From positions 64,001 through 128,000 of the forward strand of contig JAOZFG010000004.1 of the NCBI GenBank assembly GCA_027491435.1: a stretch of DNA of 64,000 nt, written 5' to 3'. Position 1 is the first letter of the stretch. Each line of letters begins with the position of its first letter. The stretch comes from Thermoproteota archaeon. Lineage in GTDB: Archaea > Korarchaeota > Korarchaeia > Korarchaeales > Korarchaeaceae. The position numbers and the translations under genes were made by a program. Under the pieces are notes generated by a model, which did not search any database, had not been told where the DNA came from, and saw nothing but the letters and a program-made list of their open reading frames with translations. This document shows, piece after piece, positions 46,747-55,858 of this stretch.

Positions 46747-47625
46747 CTAGAGGCCTAGGTTACCTCGGCGCCTTCTGGAGTGGTAGGCGATGGTCTTGTA
46801 AATGAGCTTAGCCACCGCTAGGGAGTCGGCTCCCATGTGAGGGCAGGGCCTGAACTCCACGAAGTCCATTGAAACTACCTTGAAGTTCTCTATAATGCCT
46901 TTAACTGTGGAGACGGTTTCTCTCCAAGTTAGGCCGTCTGGTTCAGGTGTTCCTAGACATGGAAGAACTGAGGGATCCATCACGTCTAAGTCCACGCTTA
47001 GGTGAACTCTCTTTCCCAATAAATCGCTCAGCTTATCCTTCCAAGTGTCGAGTTCCTCCCTCAAGACTATTATAGACCCCCTGGAGTTCTCGTACTCCTC
47101 CCAATCGGCAGTCCTCACCCCTATAACTGCTACCCTCATGAACTCGCTTATCCTCTTGGAGGTACAGGCATGGCTATAGTTGCTCCCCTCATAGCTCTCG
47201 TAAAAATCCATGTGGGCATCAAGCGAGATGAATGCCTCAGCTCCCCACCTCTTGGCCGCCCTAGCGGCCCCTATAGACACCGTGTGCTCACCGCCCAGCA
47301 GCACAGGTACCTTATTATCTCTGAGAACACCATCAACCAGCTCCTCCACCTCCTTCAGGGCCTCTAGAGGGTCTACCTTGGGTTCAATCTCAGGTAGCGT
47401 GTATATGCCCACCTCTGCCGGTACATCTCCTGTCTCCAAATCGAATGTATCGAGGTACTTAGAAGCCTCTATAATGCTATTGGGGCCGAGCTTTGATCCG
47501 GGAAGCCAACTTGACGTGTGCTCGTAAGGGTACCTTATTATCACGTAATTTGACTCATCGTAAGTGTACTCCAGCGATAGGAAGCTATCCACGACAAATG
47601 AGTTTCTAAACCGCTCAGAGTTCAT
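46747..47625 (-). CDS. speB: Agmatinase
   Basis: GGEHTV, DAHMD, SHAC, VDLDVMDP, GTPEPDG. Confidence 0.93.
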   Translation of the reverse strand: MNSERFRNSFVVDSFLSLEYTYDESNYVIIRYPYEHTSSWLPGSKLGPNSIIEASKYLDTFDLETGDVPAEVGIYTLPEIEPKVDPLEALKEVEELVDGVLRDNKVPVLLGGEHTVSIGAARAAKRWGAEAFISLDAHMDFYESYEGSNYSHACTSKRISEFMRVAVIGVRTADWEEYENSRGSIIVLREELDTWKDKLSDLLGKRVHLSVDLDVMDPSVLPCLGTPEPDGLTWRETVSTVKGIIENFKVVSMDFVEFRPCPHMGADSLAVAKLIYKTIAYHSRRRRGNLGL

Positions 47626-47642
47626 CTAGGCACCTCCCAAAG

Positions 47643-47697
47643 AACCTCATCGAATAAAGCCTCCATCCTCTCCCCAAACCCTATGTCATCACGGGGA
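47643..47697 (-). ncRNA. Candidate C/D-box methylation-guide sRNA
   Basis: Minus strand: GTGATGA (C), 11-nt spacer, GGGA (D'), AGGATGG (C'), 12-nt spacer, ATGA (D); TATA-like TTTAAAAA ~25 nt upstream. Confidence 0.45.
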
Positions 47698-47781
47698 CAC
47701 TTGAGTGGGAAGATTTTTAAATAGAAAGCACGCTAGGAAAACTAGCCCATCGCATTGCGGGCATGGACCGAGGTGATACAT

Positions 47782-48030
47782 ATGGCCGCTAGGAGAGTTG
47801 GTGTACCTATGACCGACCGGATTCTTGAATTTCTAGATGAGAAGCAGCCTGGCCTGAAGTCCAGCGTCTGGAAGATCTTCTATCCCATGAGGGACGAGCA
47901 GCCTATAGAAGTTAGTGTGAAGCCTGGCTCCCTGGCCGGCGGCACCCTCGAGCTCGATTTTGAGGGAAGGAAGCTGATAGTAAAGGAGGAGCCTGTGGAG
48001 AGAAGGCCCGCCGGCAGGTTAGGAATGTAA
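47782..48030 (+). CDS. Small hypothetical protein (82 aa)
   Basis: GAGGTGA RBS before ATG 47782; TATA upstream; hairpin downstream. Confidence 0.8.
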   Translation: MAARRVGVPMTDRILEFLDEKQPGLKSSVWKIFYPMRDEQPIEVSVKPGSLAGGTLELDFEGRKLIVKEEPVERRPAGRLGM

Positions 48031-48062
48031 AGGGGCCCACGCCCCCTTACTCTTCACTATTT
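48030..48062 (+). terminator. Hairpin plus pyrimidine/T tract
   Basis: AAGGGG...CCCCTT stem directly after the stop, followed by a T-rich run. Confidence 0.5.
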
Positions 48063-48225
48063 TCGCCGTTATTTTTCGATTGACGGCTTATCCTTTATCA
48101 CAATTTACGTTAGTTTAAGTTCACTAGAAATATTATCTGCTGACAGCGTTAAATGTGATTTTATATAACCATGTCTTCAACCCAAATTTTATCTTGGTGT
48201 GCTGGCCTATTGATCGGTGCACCTT

Positions 48226-48492
48226 ATGTCATCGGTTGAGGGAGACATTATCATACCGGTTTCTAAACCCTCACCTGGTTCTGCGGGGGACACCGGACTT
48301 TGGAGGGTATTTAAGCCAGTGGTACATGAGGATAGGTGCATAAAATGCTGGTTATGCTGGCTGTATTGTCCTGAAGAGGTGATATCTGAGGGTGAGAACG
48401 GTTTCCCCGAGATAAACTACAGCTATTGCAAGGGCTGTGGGGTCTGCGCAGACGTGTGTCCGAAAGACGCAATAGAAATGGTTCCCGATTGA
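48226..48492 (+). CDS. porD: 2-oxoacid:ferredoxin oxidoreductase delta subunit
   Basis: TGLWRVFKPVV, CIKCWLCWLYCPE, YCKGCGVCADVCP. Confidence 0.93.
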   Translation: MSSVEGDIIIPVSKPSPGSAGDTGLWRVFKPVVHEDRCIKCWLCWLYCPEEVISEGENGFPEINYSYCKGCGVCADVCPKDAIEMVPD

Positions 48493-48501
48493 GGTGATAT
48501 C

Positions 48502-49716
48502 ATGGGCGGTACTTGGGAGATAATCACGGGCAACCACGCGGCAGCGATAGCCGCCAAGCTGGCCAGGGTTAAGGTAGTTCCGGCCTACCCTATAACTCCT
48601 CAGACCACCATAGTGGAGTACATAGCCTCCTTCATAGAGTCAGGCCAGATGGACGCTGAGTACATTAGAGTAGAGAGTGAACACAGCGCCATGGCCGCAG
48701 CCATAGGTGCTTCAGCAGCGGGGGTCAGGGCCTTCACGGCCACCGCCAGCCAAGGGCTTTTGTTGATGCACGAAGTAGTCCACTGGGCGGCTGGCTCTAG
48801 GCTACCTATAGGCATGGCAGTAGTAAACAGGGCGGTAGGTCCGCCTTGGAACATTCACGTGGATCATCAAGACTCCATGTCACAAAGGGATACTGGCTGG
48901 CTACAGATGTACGTTTCTTCGAATCAAGAGGTGCTGGACACCATACTGATGATGTTTAAGGTAGCTGAGAGCCCGGAGGTCCTGCTCCCCTTCATGGTCT
49001 GCTTGGACGGCTTCGTCTTAAGCCATACCTACATGCCCGTTAACATACCAGATCAAGAGGAAGTTGACGAGTTTCTCCCGCCCTACAAACCACCACACTG
49101 GTCTCTGGACCCAGAGAATCCAATAACCTTCGGCAATCTGGCCTTGCCCGATGAATATCAGGAGATGAGGTGGTCCATGGACATGGCCATGAGGAGAGCC
49201 CATGACGTCATAGAGAGGGTGGTCGAGGAGTTCAGGGAGAGGTTCGGCAGGTATCATGGCGGTGTAGTCTGGGAGTACAAGTTGGAAGACGCTGATTACG
49301 TGGTAATAGCCATGGGAACTTTGGCATCAGAGGCGGAAGTGGCCGTTGACGAGCTGAGGGATAGAGGAGTCAGGGTGGGCCTCCTCAAGGTGAGGTCCTT
49401 TAGGCCCTTCCCACACAAGGAAGTGCTTAAGGCTCTAGAAGATAAGAGAGGAGCTATAGTGATAGACAGGAGCATTGCCTTCAGCTCAGGAGGTCCTTTA
49501 GGCATAGAGGTAAAGGCCTCCATATACAACCAGCTTGATCTCCCCATCGTGAACTTCATCACTGGGCTGGGAGGGAGAGACGTAACATATCAGGACGTGG
49601 AGCAGATGGTTAGGGAATCCATGGACAGGATACTCTCTGACAGGGTGGACAGGCCCTACTATTGGTTCAAGCTGAAACCGGAGTTTGAGAAGGCGGAGAT
49701 TAGGGAGGGATACTGA
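48502..49716 (+). CDS. porA: 2-oxoacid:ferredoxin oxidoreductase alpha subunit
   Basis: AYPITPQT, VESEHSA, TATASQGL, GLGGRD. Confidence 0.95.
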   Translation: MGGTWEIITGNHAAAIAAKLARVKVVPAYPITPQTTIVEYIASFIESGQMDAEYIRVESEHSAMAAAIGASAAGVRAFTATASQGLLLMHEVVHWAAGSRLPIGMAVVNRAVGPPWNIHVDHQDSMSQRDTGWLQMYVSSNQEVLDTILMMFKVAESPEVLLPFMVCLDGFVLSHTYMPVNIPDQEEVDEFLPPYKPPHWSLDPENPITFGNLALPDEYQEMRWSMDMAMRRAHDVIERVVEEFRERFGRYHGGVVWEYKLEDADYVVIAMGTLASEAEVAVDELRDRGVRVGLLKVRSFRPFPHKEVLKALEDKRGAIVIDRSIAFSSGGPLGIEVKASIYNQLDLPIVNFITGLGGRDVTYQDVEQMVRESMDRILSDRVDRPYYWFKLKPEFEKAEIREGY

Positions 49717-50603
49717 TGCCTCTAACTATATACGACTTGATGAAAGAGAAGGGATCTTACCTGCCTGGGTCTGCCGCTTGTCCCGGATGTGGGGCGACCC
49801 TGGCCTTCAGGATAGCCTCCAGAGTTCTAGGCCCTAACACAGTTTACGTGGTCCCGGCCTCTTGCTTCAGCGTCATACAGTCCCCGTTCCCCAAAAGCGC
49901 TGTAGGGGCTCCCCTATACAACATAGCCTTCCCTGCTGCAGCGGCCACAGCCTCTGGTGTGTGGAGGGCTTTTAAAACCCTTAACAAGGAAGTAAACGTT
50001 GTAGTATGGGCTGGAGATGGTGGAACCGTTGATATAGGACTTCAGGCCCTATCAGGAGCGGCTGAGAGGGGTGAAAACATAATCTACGTGTGTTACGATA
50101 ACGAAGCCTACATGAACACTGGGATACAAAGGTCCGGAGCCACCCCGCCCTACGCACTTACTAAGACCACCCCCACAGGGAAAAGGGAACCCTCCAAGGA
50201 CATGCCCCTAATAGTGGCAGCTCACAGGGTTCCCTACGTAGCTACGGCCAGCGTTGGTTACCCGTTCGACTTGGCCAAGAAGTTTGAAAAGGCGAAGAGG
50301 ATAAAGGGGTTCAAATACATACACATATTCTCACCTTGCCCGCCCGGATGGGACTATCCGGTTGAAAAGACTGCAGAGATCGGCAAGCTGGCGGTTGACA
50401 CGTACTTCTGGCCCCTCTATGAGATAGAGAACGGGAAGCTCAAGATAACCCTGAAGCCAAGGAGGAAACCACTCAAGGAGTTTATCAGGCTCCAAGGAAG
50501 GTTTAGGAAGATGTCCGATGAGGAAATAGCCGAGCTGGAGAAAATGGTCGTGGAGAGGTGGAAGTTCCTGGAGCACCTGGAGAAGTCAGAGAGGATTTTC
50601 TAA
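49716..50603 (+). CDS. porB: 2-oxoacid:ferredoxin oxidoreductase beta subunit
   Basis: ACPGCG, GDGGTVDIG (TPP motif), DNEAYMNTGIQRS, SPCPPGW. Confidence 0.95.
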   Translation: MPLTIYDLMKEKGSYLPGSAACPGCGATLAFRIASRVLGPNTVYVVPASCFSVIQSPFPKSAVGAPLYNIAFPAAAATASGVWRAFKTLNKEVNVVVWAGDGGTVDIGLQALSGAAERGENIIYVCYDNEAYMNTGIQRSGATPPYALTKTTPTGKREPSKDMPLIVAAHRVPYVATASVGYPFDLAKKFEKAKRIKGFKYIHIFSPCPPGWDYPVEKTAEIGKLAVDTYFWPLYEIENGKLKITLKPRRKPLKEFIRLQGRFRKMSDEEIAELEKMVVERWKFLEHLEKSERIF

Positions 50604-52391
50604 CCCCCTCACCCTCATTTTAACTCCCCACACTTCGAGTTCATCCCCTTCTTTAAGCGGGGTCTCTTCAATTTTTTCTCCATTTAGGAGGACGTCTACA
50701 CTTTCAGGCCTTAGGATCCACCCATCCTCTAACCTTATGAAGCTGAGGGCTCCCTCACCTTCAACTCCTAAGTCTACGGGAGTGACCAACATGGAATCGG
50801 TTATAGTAACGCCAAAGGGCTCTAGGAGAATTCCCTGAGCTACTTCCACATCTTCTCCCTTCGACTTAACCACAACCGAGACTATTAATCCTATAACGGC
50901 CGCTTCCATGAAGAAGCCTAAGAAGGTCATGAATATCACTTCCATGAGCAGGGATTCACTGTCAGGGGAGTTGACATCACTACCCTCTCTCAGAATCTTC
51001 TCGGCCAGCCAGACCAGGGGGTTAAACCACCTGGTTCTGTTCACGTATTGTTCGGCAGCGTTCAGCATTCTCTCCACGTGAGACGTCACCATAGCCTCCT
51101 TAGGTATGCCCAACCTGATCAAAAATTGGGCTACATCCTTTCCGGTGGCTTTATTCATGTAATAAACGAACTTGGCTAGCGTGTTCACCTTGGCCCTATC
51201 TTCCCTGACCTTGTGGAAGAATCTCTTGTAAATAGAAGGCCCCCCGTACTCCTTAGCGAGCCTGTATATGAGGGCCAGACTAGCTGAATAGTACAGGTAG
51301 GGATTATCCGGAAGCCCCCCGCCTTTCCAGGATACCACGAAGCTGTAATCGTTGACGTGTTTTTCGACGAACTTAACTGCATCCTCAAACTCCTTCTCTA
51401 CTTTACCGTCGAACCCCAAAGCATCTCTGACGATGATCCCGCTTAAGTACTGGGCAAGCCCCTCATGAGCCCATCTCAGGTCGATGGTAAGCCCGGAGTA
51501 CTGCATGTACTGGTGGAGGAGCTCATGTGTTAGCGTGTTGGGCAGCTCGGTGTAAACCATCCTGACTAACATCATGTTGAGGTTTACGACCCCAGGGGTT
51601 ATCACATCGGACGTGTACCTAGGACCTGTGTAGCCCAGGGTCAGTATGTCCCTCATGCTTCCCGGGACGAAGAATTTGACCTTAATGTTCAACTCGCTGT
51701 CGGCAGCGGTGTAGTCCATTATCTCATCAATCAAGGCCTTATAATACTTTGACACGTTTTCAGCTAGATCCTCATATCTTGGAGGGTACACTATCTCCAA
51801 ATTCCCAACTTTTTTCGTAAGAAACTTAGCTTTCTTGACTTTAAACGCTATTAGGACCCTCATCGTGTTGTTTTCAGCGCCATCCAAGTTGTAGGTGATG
51901 TACTTGAAGTCCTCTTTTTCGTTAAATGTGAAGTGAGGGGGCTCCACCTCCAAGTCTTTGAACTCCTTGGGAAGCTTAACGACTATCTCAGCGTCGTCTC
52001 CTCTACTAAACCCTATTTGCGTGGAGAAAAATACCCCGTTAGGCTCTATTATCAATGCTCCAAACCTGTAAGACCACCTCATTTCAAAGACCGTGTTGTC
52101 CTCGTACGCGAAGGTGAAGTTGGCGTAGAAGTAGTATTCCGTCTCATTTATGATCTTTTTATCAAATATTCTGCCTGAGAGGACCTTCAGCTTATATTCC
52201 CTGAACTTTGGAACCAGGAGCCAGCTCCTTCCGGCAGCCTTCCCCTCGAACTTTATGGTTATGTGGGTCCATCCAGTTTCTTCGACCTCATAAATGTAAG
52301 TATATTTTCCCCCGTCAGGCTCGGCCGTTGACGGGAGGACGTTCAGTAGCAGTAGTAGCGCTAAGATGACGGCCAGCCTTCTCATGCCCAT
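50586..52391 (-). CDS. Membrane-anchored gluzincin (M1/MA-like) peptidase with C-terminal FHA-like domain
   Basis: Signal peptide, HELLH...WAHEGLAQY, TM helix near aa 485-508, LLNGEKI...LKEGDEL tail. Confidence 0.8.
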   Translation of the reverse strand: MGMRRLAVILALLLLLNVLPSTAEPDGGKYTYIYEVEETGWTHITIKFEGKAAGRSWLLVPKFREYKLKVLSGRIFDKKIINETEYYFYANFTFAYEDNTVFEMRWSYRFGALIIEPNGVFFSTQIGFSRGDDAEIVVKLPKEFKDLEVEPPHFTFNEKEDFKYITYNLDGAENNTMRVLIAFKVKKAKFLTKKVGNLEIVYPPRYEDLAENVSKYYKALIDEIMDYTAADSELNIKVKFFVPGSMRDILTLGYTGPRYTSDVITPGVVNLNMMLVRMVYTELPNTLTHELLHQYMQYSGLTIDLRWAHEGLAQYLSGIIVRDALGFDGKVEKEFEDAVKFVEKHVNDYSFVVSWKGGGLPDNPYLYYSASLALIYRLAKEYGGPSIYKRFFHKVREDRAKVNTLAKFVYYMNKATGKDVAQFLIRLGIPKEAMVTSHVERMLNAAEQYVNRTRWFNPLVWLAEKILREGSDVNSPDSESLLMEVIFMTFLGFFMEAAVIGLIVSVVVKSKGEDVEVAQGILLEPFGVTITDSMLVTPVDLGVEGEGALSFIRLEDGWILRPESVDVLLNGEKIEETPLKEGDELEVWGVKMRVRGLENPL

Positions 52392-52512
52392 CCTCTATGG
52401 GGGACATAAACCCATTGAAAAATGTCACGTTGTCTGTTGTCCTTCAACATATTAGCACGCGACGCAATGCCAAAATCCTTTATTTTCTCAGGTGCTATGC
52501 CCGGGGAGCCTC

Positions 52513-53820
52513 ATGGAGATATTGCTTAAGGGGGCCAGGTATATAGTAACGCAGGATGATTACCGGAAGGTGTTGAGGAACAAGGATGTGCTGATAAAAG
52601 ATGGGCTTATAGAAAAGATAGGCGACGTCAAAGGGTCATTTGACGAGGTGATAGATGCTAGGAACTACCTTGTGCTTCCTGGCCTGATAAACACGCACAC
52701 CCACATACCAATGGGTCTGTTCAGGGGAGTGGCCGATGACATGGAACTGTTCTCTTGGTTAACCCAGAAGATATGGCCGATGGAATCTCACCTAAAGCCT
52801 TATCACATAAGAGCGGGCACAATGCTGGGCATCCTAGAGTTGCTGAAGACGGGTACTACGACGTTCTTTGACATGTATTTCTTTGAGGGGGTAATAGCCG
52901 AGGTTGTTCAGGAAATGGGAGTTAGAGGGGTACTGGCCCAGGCAGTGCTGGACTTCGAGACCATGGAAGGTGAGGACAGCCTTAAACTGGCCGATAAGTT
53001 CGTAAACGAGTGGAAAGGTAAGGATAGAGTGTTGCCCTGTTATGGCCCCCACGCCCTTTACACGGTCAGCAAGGAAAGGCTGGAATATGTGGTAAACAAG
53101 GCTAAAGAGCAAGAGGTGCCCGTACAAATGCACTTATCTGAAACGGAGAGGGAGGTTAAAGAGGTCAAGGAAAAGTACGGTAAAACTCCTACCGAAGTCA
53201 TAAGGGACCTTGGCCTACTGGACGTAAAAGCTGTCCTCGCTCATGGGGTATGGGTAAGCGAGGAGGAGATGGGGCTTTTGAAGGCAGACAACGTGCTAAT
53301 ATCGCATAACCCCATAAGCAACCTCAAGCTATCTTCTGGCATAGCTCCCATTCCTGAAATGTTGAGTAAGGGCGTTAAAGTTTCTCTGGGGACCGACGGG
53401 CCGGCTAGCAACAACACTCTAGACATGTTCGAGACCATGAAGGTTACGGCCCTGATCCACAAGGTGGCTAAGATGGACCCAACCGTTGTGAAGGCGCAAG
53501 AAGTGTTGGACATGGCTACTAAAGTACCTGGAGAATTCCTCCCATGGAAGGTGGGGTCGGTGAAGGAGGGATACGAGGCAGACCTCGTACTCTTAAACGT
53601 CAGGAGGCCTTGGTGGGTGCCCATTCACTCGCCCGTCTCCAATCTAGTGTACTCGGCCAGATCTCCAGACGTGGACTACGTTATAGTAAAGGGGAGGGTT
53701 TTAGTTAGACAGGGTAGGTACGAACTCGCTGACGAGAATAAGATACTGGAAGAGGCCGAAAAGGCAGCTCTGGATCTGCTAGATAGGTCTGGAGTGGAAT
53801 CAATGCTCAAGGAAAGCTAG
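52513..53820 (+). CDS. mtaD: 5'-methylthioadenosine/S-adenosylhomocysteine deaminase (amidohydrolase)
   Basis: PGLINTHTH, PHALY, MHLSET, AHGVW, HNPISNLKL, GTDGPASNN. Confidence 0.85.
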   Translation: MEILLKGARYIVTQDDYRKVLRNKDVLIKDGLIEKIGDVKGSFDEVIDARNYLVLPGLINTHTHIPMGLFRGVADDMELFSWLTQKIWPMESHLKPYHIRAGTMLGILELLKTGTTTFFDMYFFEGVIAEVVQEMGVRGVLAQAVLDFETMEGEDSLKLADKFVNEWKGKDRVLPCYGPHALYTVSKERLEYVVNKAKEQEVPVQMHLSETEREVKEVKEKYGKTPTEVIRDLGLLDVKAVLAHGVWVSEEEMGLLKADNVLISHNPISNLKLSSGIAPIPEMLSKGVKVSLGTDGPASNNTLDMFETMKVTALIHKVAKMDPTVVKAQEVLDMATKVPGEFLPWKVGSVKEGYEADLVLLNVRRPWWVPIHSPVSNLVYSARSPDVDYVIVKGRVLVRQGRYELADENKILEEAEKAALDLLDRSGVESMLKES

Positions 53821-54360
53821 TAACTCAACGTAACTCGGTCTAACAACCCTACAAGTTAAATCTAACTTTTCTACCAGCTCGATAGGGTTTTCCCCCTCTA
53901 TCTCTACGAACTCTCCGAGGCCCTGAACCCTGTCAAGGAATATCAGATCAGAGATCCCCTCAACCTGCACGATGGTTCTCCTCTTCCTAACTCTCAGCTT
54001 CTCAGAGAATCCAGCCAGCTCAAGGGATCTAATAACCTCCTCTTGGGAGGAACAGCCAGCATCTACCCCTATGGCCTTTAACGCCCTTACACAGTCTTCG
54101 CTTCTTAAGGCGCCCTCTATTTCCTCTCTCTCCTTGTGAACTCCCTGCCTTCTAGGCCCTTTATAAGTCACCAGAACCCTATTTCCCAAAATTCTCACCC
54201 TGAAGGCCTTATCCTCCAGCAGAAGGGAGCACTTGTCGTCGTCAAAGTAGATGTCCTCAGTCGCGAAGCTCACGGAGACCTTGTATCTCAGGCCAGATTC
54301 CCTTAATCGCTGTAAGAAGGCTACGTGACCTAATTTCAGCTTTATCTCCCTTTCCATCAT
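53800..54360 (-). CDS. cyaB: CYTH-domain / class IV adenylate cyclase
   Basis: EREIK, DIYF, RVR, TYKGP, REEIE, LGEFVEIE; GGTGA RBS before ATG 54360. Confidence 0.88.
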   Translation of the reverse strand: MMEREIKLKLGHVAFLQRLRESGLRYKVSVSFATEDIYFDDDKCSLLLEDKAFRVRILGNRVLVTYKGPRRQGVHKEREEIEGALRSEDCVRALKAIGVDAGCSSQEEVIRSLELAGFSEKLRVRKRRTIVQVEGISDLIFLDRVQGLGEFVEIEGENPIELVEKLDLTCRVVRPSYVELLAFLEH

Positions 54361-54395
54361 ATGATCACCGATTAGGGGTGGCGGCGGGGCCCGAT

Positions 54396-54483
54396 TGGTG
54401 CGGGGGGTGGGATTTGAACCCACGAACCCCTAAGGGAGCGGATCTTAAGTCCGCCGCCTTTGTCCTGGCTCGGCCACCCCCGC
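54396..54483 (-). tRNA. tRNA-Leu(TAA), CCA encoded
   Basis: GCGGGGG acceptor stem, GCGGA-CT-TAA-GA-TCCGC anticodon arm, long variable arm, GGTTCAAATCC. Confidence 0.96.
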
Positions 54484-54526
54484 TCACTTACAAGTATACG
54501 ACCTCTCTTTTTATATTTTCTCCACT

Positions 54527-54895
54527 TTGTTGGAGAAGGGGTGTGTTCCATTGGACACTAAGGGAAAGCTGGTGTCATCCCCTATCGCTGTCACAGACGA
54601 CGAGGTGCTGGCTCTTGGCTTTGAGATGATAGGCATTCAAGCTAAGGTGATAAAGGGAAGGAGGGAATTGTTAAGGTTCTTCAGGGAGAACGAGGCCTCT
54701 CTACCCCATATAGTCTTCATTAATGAGAGTGTAGCCGAGCAAATTAGGGACTATAGGCAAGATCTCATCAGGAGGGGCAGAGTTACCCCTGTGTTCGCCA
54801 TAGTCCCCGACTTGGAGGGGTCCAGGGGCACCAGGTTGGAGGAGTTAAGAACTTTATTGGTTAAGGCCCTTGGGAGTGAGGAGTTGAAGATATAA
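54527..54895 (+). CDS. atpF: A/V-type ATP synthase subunit F
   Basis: IAVTDDE..LGFEMIGI, IVFINE..A, IVPD; first gene of the cluster. Confidence 0.85.
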   Translation: MLEKGCVPLDTKGKLVSSPIAVTDDEVLALGFEMIGIQAKVIKGRRELLRFFRENEASLPHIVFINESVAEQIRDYRQDLIRRGRVTPVFAIVPDLEGSRGTRLEELRTLLVKALGSEELKI

Positions 54896-54907
54896 GAGGT
54901 GGGGTGA

Positions 54908-55204
54908 ATGCCTCGACTTGTTGAAGTAATTATGGAAGCCGAGGAGGAAGCAAACAAGATTATTAAAGCTGCTGAGGAAGAAGCAAAAAGAATAATAGAA
55001 GAAGCGGAAGAGCAGGCAAAGAAAATTATAGAAGAAGCCAAGACGAAGCCCATAGAAGTGGCCCGGCTAGACAACGTAGACCAAGAGTTGAAGGAGCTAA
55101 TTAGGAAGGCTGAGCAGGAAGCTAAGGCTCTAAAAGAGGCGGTTGGGACTAAAATGGAGGAGCTAGTTGAGATGATAGTGGGGGAGGTGCTAAAGGTTGA
55201 GTGA
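54908..55204 (+). CDS. atpH: A/V-type ATP synthase subunit H/G (peripheral stalk)
   Basis: AEEEA.KII repeats; position between F and E. Confidence 0.8.
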   Translation: MPRLVEVIMEAEEEANKIIKAAEEEAKRIIEEAEEQAKKIIEEAKTKPIEVARLDNVDQELKELIRKAEQEAKALKEAVGTKMEELVEMIVGEVLKVE

Positions 55205-55844
55205 GAAGGTGGTATTGGATAAGGACTCCCAAGCCATTGTGGACGCTATCTTGAGAATTGCCAGGGATAGGGCTGAAGCCATAAGAAAGGAGGCCCAGAA
55301 GAGAGCCCAGGAAATCTTGGAAAAGGCTAAACTGGAGGCCGAGGAGATACTCAAATCCAGGAGGGAGAGGGCTGAGAAGGAGGTTAGGGAGGAATTATCC
55401 AGAAGGAGAAGCGCCGCTGAGGTAGAGGCAAACCAGATACTCCTGAGAACTAAAGCTGAGATAATAAACGAGCTGTTTGAGAAAGTCCGGGAGAGGTTAG
55501 AGGCTATAGCTGAGGGCAGAGATGAGAAGTGGAATTACAAGGATGTGCTAATAAGCCTGGCTTTAGAGGGAGCCAAGGCTTTAGGGGAGAAGGAAGTGGT
55601 CTTAATGGGAAGGGAGAAGGACAGGAAGCTGTTGGAAGAGGTGGCCAAGGAACTCTCATCCAAGGGAATAAGGGCCACTGTGGATGAGAGAGCAGTACCC
55701 ATACTGGGCGGCCTAGTGATCAGGGACGTTGCCGACACCAGGAGGTATTATAACACGTTTGACGGCAGGTTGAGGGCTTACAGGGAGGAGAAGGAGGTAG
55801 AACTCCTTAAGAAGCTGTTCCCGAAGGAGGAGACTGTCATCTAA
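55197..55844 (+). CDS. atpE: A/V-type ATP synthase subunit E
   Basis: N-terminal coiled coil; ILGGLVI...YNTFDGRL. Confidence 0.88.
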   Translation: MSEKVVLDKDSQAIVDAILRIARDRAEAIRKEAQKRAQEILEKAKLEAEEILKSRRERAEKEVREELSRRRSAAEVEANQILLRTKAEIINELFEKVRERLEAIAEGRDEKWNYKDVLISLALEGAKALGEKEVVLMGREKDRKLLEEVAKELSSKGIRATVDERAVPILGGLVIRDVADTRRYYNTFDGRLRAYREEKEVELLKKLFPKEETVI

Positions 55845-55858
55845 TAGGAGGTGATGTC

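Noticed and set aside
54361-54423. N-terminal extension of cyaB into tRNA-Leu in the ORF track
   Set aside because: A GGTGA SD precedes ATG 54360 and the CYTH ExExK motif begins there.
54920-55040. Nucleotide-level repeats in atpH
   Set aside because: Explained by the 11-residue coiled-coil repeats normal for peripheral stalk subunits.
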